The position numbers and the translations under genes are program-made. Positions 58,083-64,000 of a DNA stretch of 64,000 bases are shown one piece after another (the stretch's first letter is position 1; the number at the start of each line of letters is the position of its first letter). This stretch comes from an uncultured delta proteobacterium (lineage in GTDB: Bacteria > Myxococcota_A > UBA9160 > SMWR01), in the NCBI GenBank assembly GCA_963832165.1, contig CAWHTE010000005.1, forward strand, positions 224,001 through 288,000, read 5' to 3'. A model generated the notes under the pieces. It had not been told where the DNA came from. It was given only the letters and a program-made list of their open reading frames with translations, and did no database searches.

Positions 58083-60207
58083 GTGAACTCTCGCATTCGC
58101 GGGGAGCCCATGCGCGCGCCGTGCGCCGCAGCGATTTGTCTCGCCATCGTCTCGATATCCCCTGTCCGGGTATCCGCCGACCATTCGTCGACGGAGCCCG
58201 AGACGATCGTCATTCGGGACAAAGCCGTCGAGAACGACCGCGAGCAGAGCGACGCGGCAGCGCTCGCAGAGCTCCGGCGCACACCGGGCGGCGTTGCGCT
58301 CGTCGTCGACGAAGCGATCGAGCGAACTCGCGCGGCGACGCTCGAGGACGTGCTCGAATCCGTGCCGGGCGTCTACGTGCGCGCGCGCGGTACGGGCGAG
58401 GAGCCGCAGATCTCGATCCGGGGCTCGGGTCTGCGCAACAACTTCCACACGCGCGGCGTGAACATTCTGCTCGATGGCTTCCCGTTCCAGAACGCCGACG
58501 GCTTCTCCGATGTCGAGGTCTTCGAGTTCCTCGCGGCGCAACGGGTCGAGGTGTACAAGGGTGCCAACTCGCTGCGCTTCGGGGGCAACACGCTCGGAGG
58601 CGCCGTCAACATCGTCACCCAGACCGGCCGCGACGCCGCACCGCTGCGCCTGCGCAGCGAGGGCGGCGCGTTCGGGTTCTCGAAGACCTATGGGTCGGGC
58701 GCCTACCACGGCGGTCCCTGGGATGCATTCCTCGCGCTCTCCCACACGCAGCAGGAGGGGTACCGCGACCACGCGGAGCAGGACCGGCAACGAGCCTACG
58801 GGTCGTTCGCGCGCCACTTCGACGGCGGCGCTTCGCTGCGCGTCGATCTGAACGGGGTGCGCAATCGGCAACGGCTTCCGGGTGCGCTCGACCACGGCGA
58901 GCTGCACGCCGACCCGAAGGCGGCGAACCTCGCGAGCGATCTCCAGGACGAGCGCCGCGACTTCGAGTACGGCCGCGGCGCCGCCACCTTGTCGCTTCCG
59001 GTCAGCGACGAAGTCCGGATCGACTGGCAGACCCAGACGAGCTTCCAGGATCTCCACCACCCACTCGCGTTCGGCATCATCGACAACGAGACATGGAATG
59101 CGGGCTCGGAGCTGCGGCTCGTGTCGGAGCACCCGATCTTCTCGCTCGACAGCCGCTTCGACGCTGGACTCCAGGCCGCCTACACGCGCCAGCCCCAGAC
59201 GATCTACGAAAATCTTCAGGGGCACCGCGGTACGAGCTTTTCCCGCCAGCTCGGTCAAGCCGGAAACGCCGCATTCTATTTCAGCGAAGACCTCGAAGTG
59301 TTCGATGCGGTCTCGCTCGTCGGCGGCACGCGCGGCCAGTTCGCGTGGCGTCGCGTGCGCGACAAGGTGGCGGGCGAAACCGACTCGGTGGAGTACTGGT
59401 TCGCCGCGCCGTCGGCGGGCACGATCTGGCGCGCGGCTCCCGGGGCCGAGCTGTACGCGAACGCTGGCTATGCGGTCGAACCCGGCGTGCTGTTCGAGCT
59501 GACGGCGCCGGGCAACGCAACCCCCGGGCTCGACCTCGATGCGCTCGATCCGCAGCGTGCCTGGCAGTTCGAGATCGGGGTGCGAGGAGCCATCTCAGAC
59601 TACCTGTCGTTCGACGTCGCCGTCTTCGACATGGAGCTGCAGCGACGAGATCCGCAACGTCAACGTGGCGCCGTTTCCCGGCGCACCCTTCACGATCCCC
59701 GCCTACGCGAACATCGACCGATCGCGGCACTGGGGAGTCGAGGTGGCTCTCGATCTCCAGCTCGTACGCGACCTCGCGTCGCCGTTCGGACTCGAAGGCG
59801 GCGGGGAACTGCGCGCGCAGACGGCCTATACCTACGCGCGCTACGAGTTCGTTCGCGACGACCTGTTCGGCAACAACGACCTGCCCGGGGCGCCGCGCCA
59901 CTTCACCACGGCGGGGCTGCGCTGGCAGCATGGCTCCGGCGTCTGGCTCGCGCCGCAGGTCAAGTGGGTGCCGGTGCGCTGGTTCGTCGACAGCGAGAAC
60001 GTCAACTCCGCGGGGGAGTACGCCATCTACAACGTGCGGGCCGGGTACGACCATCTGCGCAGCGGCGTGTCGCTGTTCGTCGAAGGGCGGAACCTCGCCG
60101 ATCGCGATTACGTTTCCTCCGTGGTCGTAGACGCGGGCGATCAGCGTTTTTTCGAGCCCGGTGACGGCCGCGGCGTCTTCGGAGGGGTGGAATGGCGCTG
60201 GCATTGA
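58083..60207 (+). CDS. TonB-dependent receptor (indel near 59640)
   Basis: ETIVI TonB box, plug ISIRGSG..LLDG.P and VEVYKGANSLRFGG..LGGAVN, C-terminal barrel ..FFEPGDGR..VEWRWH. Confidence 0.9.
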
Positions 60208-61406
60208 GGCACGCGCTGTCGCTCGCCCTGGCGTGCGCGCTCGCCGGCTGCAATGCGGGTGGCGTTCCGCTCGTCCCGACCGAATCGGCAAGGCGCGAGC
60301 TCGCGCACCCGGGAGCGCCGCACGCGGCGCACGTGACCGATCCCGCGCTCGCGCTCGCCCCCGACGGCACGCCCCACGTCTCCTGGATCCGCGAAGACGA
60401 CTCGGGCCGGCACGTGCAGTCCATTGCATTGCACGCCGACGCTGCCGCGCCGGTCCGCGTGGACCCCAAGACCCAGCCGGTCGCGAGCGGACATCAGGCA
60501 CCGGGCCTCGCGATCGGAGCCGATGGCCGCATCCATGTGAGCTGGGCATCGCCGCGCCGCGATCCGGGTGCACCGCCGTTCGCATCGGATCTCGTGCTCG
60601 CCACCTCCCCCGATGGCGGTCGCAGCTTCGCGGCGCCGCTGCGTTTGAACGAGGACCGACCGGGTTCGCGCGGCTTCGAGTCACTCGGAATCGATGCGCG
60701 GGGTGCCGTGATCGCGGCATGGATCGAACCCGGCCAGCGCGCAGTGACGCGCGCAGCCCGCGTCGTGAATGGCGCGGTGGTCGAGCGGGCCGATCTCGGG
60801 GAGCGCACGTGTCCGTGCTGTCGCGTCGCCGTGGCCGCCGACCCGGGCGGCTCCGTCGGGTTGCTGTGGCGTGACGAGTTCCCGGGTCAGGTTCGCGACA
60901 TGGTGTTCGCACTATCACCGCCTGGGCCGTTCGCGTTCACCCCGAGTGAACGCGTGCGCGACGACGGTTGGGTGTTCGCGGCGTGCCCGCATCGCGGCGG
61001 CGCGCTCGCGTTTGCGCCCGACGGCCGCGCGATCGCTGCCTGGTATACCGAGGGAAGCAGCGGCGAACCCGCACTCTGGCTCGCCGCGCGTGGGGATGCC
61101 GGATTCGCGGCTCCAACGGCCGTGCACGAGGGATCGGGATCTCAGCCCGATCGGGTTGCGCTCGCGGTCGACGCGGACGGCGCCGGCCTGCTGATCTGGG
61201 AACGCCGCTCGCCCGTGCGCAGCGAGATCGCCGCGCGGGCGATCAGCGCACAGGGAAACCTGGGACCGGTATCCGTCGTGTCCCGCGGTGTACACGCGTC
61301 GGGCCCAGCGCTCGCGGCCAGGCCGGGTGGCGGATTCGTGGCGGCGTGGAACGAAGAGGAGTTCCCCGCGTTGCGCACGGTCGTGGTGGATTTCGCGCTG
61401 GAATGA
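60192..61406 (+). CDS. BNR/Asp-box (sialidase-like) lipoprotein with CPCC and CPH motifs
   Basis: Lipobox LAGC, S.DGGRSF Asp-box, TCPCCR and DGW.FAACPHRG. Confidence 0.75.
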   Translation: MALALRHALSLALACALAGCNAGGVPLVPTESARRELAHPGAPHAAHVTDPALALAPDGTPHVSWIREDDSGRHVQSIALHADAAAPVRVDPKTQPVASGHQAPGLAIGADGRIHVSWASPRRDPGAPPFASDLVLATSPDGGRSFAAPLRLNEDRPGSRGFESLGIDARGAVIAAWIEPGQRAVTRAARVVNGAVVERADLGERTCPCCRVAVAADPGGSVGLLWRDEFPGQVRDMVFALSPPGPFAFTPSERVRDDGWVFAACPHRGGALAFAPDGRAIAAWYTEGSSGEPALWLAARGDAGFAAPTAVHEGSGSQPDRVALAVDADGAGLLIWERRSPVRSEIAARAISAQGNLGPVSVVSRGVHASGPALAARPGGGFVAAWNEEEFPALRTVVVDFALE

Positions 61407-61526
61407 TAGGTGTCACCCGACGCCTCGTTGCTACCACCAACTAGCGCCGCAATTCACGCTGAAGACCCTAAAGCTGTGTTGGGATTCGGGCCCGGGTTCG
61501 TTCCATCGCACTCTAGGGAGGACGCC

Positions 61527-62225
61527 ATGAAGGCGTTTCTTGGACTTTCGATCCTCTTCCTTGCGACCGCGGTGCAAGCCGCGACCATCGCGATCACCTC
61601 CGACCGGTCCGACTACGCCGTCGGGGACACGATCACGCTCACGATCACGGGTGACCCCCAGGGCGGCAGCGGTTACGGCGCACTCGGTCTGATCACGTAC
61701 GACTCGATCCTCGCCGACACCCTCGCGGCCACCCAGACCCCGCTCTCGGGCGCCGGGGGAGAATGGATTGTCGGGGACCTGGACACAGGCGATGGCTTCT
61801 CGGTGGTCTGGAACCAGATCGCGGGGCTCGAGCCCCTCGCGGCGGACGGACTCTCGGTCACCACCGTACAGCTCGTCGCGCAGTACGGCGGCACGCTCTC
61901 GATCGACTGGTCCGACGACTCTCTCGACTTCTTCGGTGCCTCGGCTCCCGGGACCTATTCGGTGTTCATCGACGGGCCTGCCTACGTCCCGCCGCCTCCT
62001 CCGGAGCCGCCGCCCGTCGTCGAGCCTCCGCCTCCGCCGCCGGTCATCGAGGAGCCGCCGCCTCCGCCGCCCTACGTGCCGCCGACGACGACCGAACCGC
62101 CACCTACCTATGAACCGCCGATCGTCAGCTCTTCCGGCAGCGGGACGCCTGCACCCGAGCCGAGCGGTGCGCTGATCTTCGCGGTGGCGCTGTACCTGGT
62201 GCGACGCGCGACCGCGGCCCGCTAG
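61527..62225 (+). CDS. PEP-CTERM protein with a cohesin-like domain and Pro-rich stalk
   Basis: GGAGG RBS, signal AVQA, a poly-Pro linker and APEPSGALIFAVALYLVRR. Confidence 0.8.
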   Translation: MKAFLGLSILFLATAVQAATIAITSDRSDYAVGDTITLTITGDPQGGSGYGALGLITYDSILADTLAATQTPLSGAGGEWIVGDLDTGDGFSVVWNQIAGLEPLAADGLSVTTVQLVAQYGGTLSIDWSDDSLDFFGASAPGTYSVFIDGPAYVPPPPPEPPPVVEPPPPPPVIEEPPPPPPYVPPTTTEPPPTYEPPIVSSSGSGTPAPEPSGALIFAVALYLVRRATAAR

Positions 62226-62227
62226 GA

Positions 62228-64000
62228 CTACATCGAGCCGACGAGGTTGAAGAACACGCCCTGGTGGTCGTAGGAGAGGTCGGTCAGGTCGTCGGAGAAG
62301 TCCGTGAAGTTGTAGCCGACGCCGACCTTCATGTTGTCGCCGAGGTAGCGGTAGATCGTGAACAGCGAGCCGATCTTGCGCTCGTCGAGGTCGGTGAGGT
62401 CGAGCATGCGGCCTTCGACCGTGCCCTCCCAGTTCTTCAGGAAGCGGTAGTCGCCGCGCACGATGTAGAGGTGGGCGTTGTTGTCGAAGAAGTGCGGATC
62501 GTCGCGATCGAGGCTCACCTGGGAGAGGCGGAACGCGTACTTGCCGCCGAGCGAGAAGTACTTGTTGAAGTCGTACGTGACGTCGAGTGCGGCCACGTGG
62601 CTCTTCTGGATGAACTGCGCCGGAATGTTCTGCAGCGTCACCTGGTCGGTGGTCGGGACGTTGTAGAAGTAGGTGTACTTCGCGAGCGTGTGCAGGCGGT
62701 CGAACGTCACCGGGCGATAGGCATAGCCGAGGATGGCCTCCGTGTAGCCGCCGTCGTAGAACTCGCCCAGCGAGCTGTCGCTGAACATGTGGTTGAGCTT
62801 GCCCAGCACGCGCGCGCTCGGCGTCATCTGGAGCCGGAAGTTGTTCCGGAACAGCCACGTCTCGCGATCGTTCCGCGTGAGGTCGAGCTGCTGAACCTCG
62901 TCGTCGCGATACTCCACGCCACTCGACAGGTGGAACTCGTCGAAGCCGTACGACAGCCGGAGCCCGCCCGCATTGCGATCGGTCTCGGCGTAGGTGTCGT
63001 GGTCGACCAGCGTGCCGAAGCCCCAGTTCGCAGCCAGGCTCCAGCGATCGCTCGGCGTGAAGTTCATGCCCATCGCGCGCGAGAGCCCGGTCGCGTCGCC
63101 GTGCTGGTAGCGGTCCTCGAGGAACACGCTCGCGCTGTCGGACATGCGCGTCTTCATGCCCGAGACCAGCGTGCCGCGGCGCTGGTGCATCGCGCCGTAC
63201 TCGCGCTCGTTCTCGAAGCCGTAGGAGAGGTAGTGCTGCGTATCCTTGGACTGCTGGTAGCGCGTACCGAGCCGCACCGCGGGCCCGAGATTGCCGCCCG
63301 AGACCTCGCCGTCGAGCACGAAGCGGTCGCTCATGCGATAGGAGCCGCCGACACCGCCGCGCGAGTTGTCCTCGCGGTCGCCCGACTTCGCGACGGTGCC
63401 CTGGCCGAACGTGTAGGCGCGCCAGCTGCCCTGCGGATCGAAGCCGAGCTTCACCACGGCATCGGTGCGCTCGCCCTCTTCCTGGGTGAGCGGCACGGTC
63501 GGTGAATCGTCGCTGCGCCGGTCGTTGCGGACGCCGGTGCCGATGCTCCAGTTGTCGGTCAGCCGGTAGCCCAGGTCGACTTCCGCCGCGCGCGTTTCGA
63601 GCCCGTCGTCCTGCTTCTTCTGGTCGCCCTTCGCAATCAGCTCGAGTCGCTTCGTGATCGGCACGCCGAGCACGCCGCCGAACTGATCGGTGTCGAAGAG
63701 CGCGGTATTGCCGGGGCCCGCATAGCCCTCCTCGAGCGTCTGCCCGTAGAGCGCAAGGCGGCCCGGGGCGCCCTCGATGAAGTCGCCCACGCCGACGCTC
63801 ACGTCCGCGCGATACGCCTCCGCATCGGCGTCGACGAGCGTCGCATTGCCGATGTTCGCGAACAGGAAGCCGCCGTCGTCGGACCGGAACGAGCTCGCGA
63901 CGAGCCCTTCGCTCTTGCCGGCCTGCACCTTCGCCCACGAGTCCGTGGACAGCCGCGCGGTCACGTCTCCGCCGTAGAGGCTGCTGTCGGTCTCGTCGTC
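62228..64000 (-). CDS. Large outer-membrane beta-barrel protein, C-terminal part
   Basis: Amphipathic beta-strands ending GVGYNFTDFSDDLTDLSY..QGVFFNLVGSM; open to the window edge. Confidence 0.75.
   Translation of the reverse strand, partial: DDETDSSLYGGDVTARLSTDSWAKVQAGKSEGLVASSFRSDDGGFLFANIGNATLVDADAEAYRADVSVGVGDFIEGAPGRLALYGQTLEEGYAGPGNTALFDTDQFGGVLGVPITKRLELIAKGDQKKQDDGLETRAAEVDLGYRLTDNWSIGTGVRNDRRSDDSPTVPLTQEEGERTDAVVKLGFDPQGSWRAYTFGQGTVAKSGDREDNSRGGVGGSYRMSDRFVLDGEVSGGNLGPAVRLGTRYQQSKDTQHYLSYGFENEREYGAMHQRRGTLVSGMKTRMSDSASVFLEDRYQHGDATGLSRAMGMNFTPSDRWSLAANWGFGTLVDHDTYAETDRNAGGLRLSYGFDEFHLSSGVEYRDDEVQQLDLTRNDRETWLFRNNFRLQMTPSARVLGKLNHMFSDSSLGEFYDGGYTEAILGYAYRPVTFDRLHTLAKYTYFYNVPTTDQVTLQNIPAQFIQKSHVAALDVTYDFNKYFSLGGKYAFRLSQVSLDRDDPHFFDNNAHLYIVRGDYRFLKNWEGTVEGRMLDLTDLDERKIGSLFTIYRYLGDNMKVGVGYNFTDFSDDLTDLSYDHQGVFFNLVGSM

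Noticed and set aside
61988..62120. CCG-rich tandem repeats
   Set aside because: They encode the poly-Pro stalk of the PEP-CTERM protein
471..63938. Numerous long Arg/Ala/Pro-rich antisense or alternate-frame ORFs
   Set aside because: Expected shadow ORFs in very GC-rich DNA; they overlap well-supported genes and have no motifs

Overview
High-GC bacterial chromosome segment; the gene content and repeat style suggest a Myxococcota/deltaproteobacterial-type organism (inference only). 1-40.7 kb is mostly housekeeping DNA: tRNA nucleotidyltransferase, xerD, glnD, amidase, mutS, lapAB, ihfB, rpsA, tyrA-hisC-pheA, a GGDEF protein, coaE, trpEGDCFBA, lptD, ccdA/tlpA, dtd, dcd, queG, exosortase, pyk, gloA, a PaaX-like regulator with a desaturase, and vapBC. 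It also holds several REP-like palindromes, an unannotated orphan PqqA-like peptide gene and a promoter-led structured leader. Many core genes carry 1-nt indels that are probably sequencing errors. A ~14.9-kb element (40859-55757) is integrated in tRNA-Gly(CCC) between 45-bp direct repeats. It looks like a phage satellite: tyrosine integrase, HTH/Xis, DUF3102, primase-helicase with an iteron-like origin, a TerS-like gene and a terminase large subunit, but no recognisable capsid, portal or tail gene. Its unusual features are (i) an att core inside the integrase 3' end, so integration changes the integrase C-terminus, (ii) a ~290-nt multi-hairpin non-coding block upstream of terL, (iii) short 'N-terminal echo' mini-ORFs coupled to downstream genes, and (iv) a PEP-CTERM cargo protein. 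After attR come a TPR membrane protein, a Cys/Pro-rich leader-TonB receptor-BNR cluster (likely metal uptake), a second PEP-CTERM protein and part of a large outer-membrane protein.
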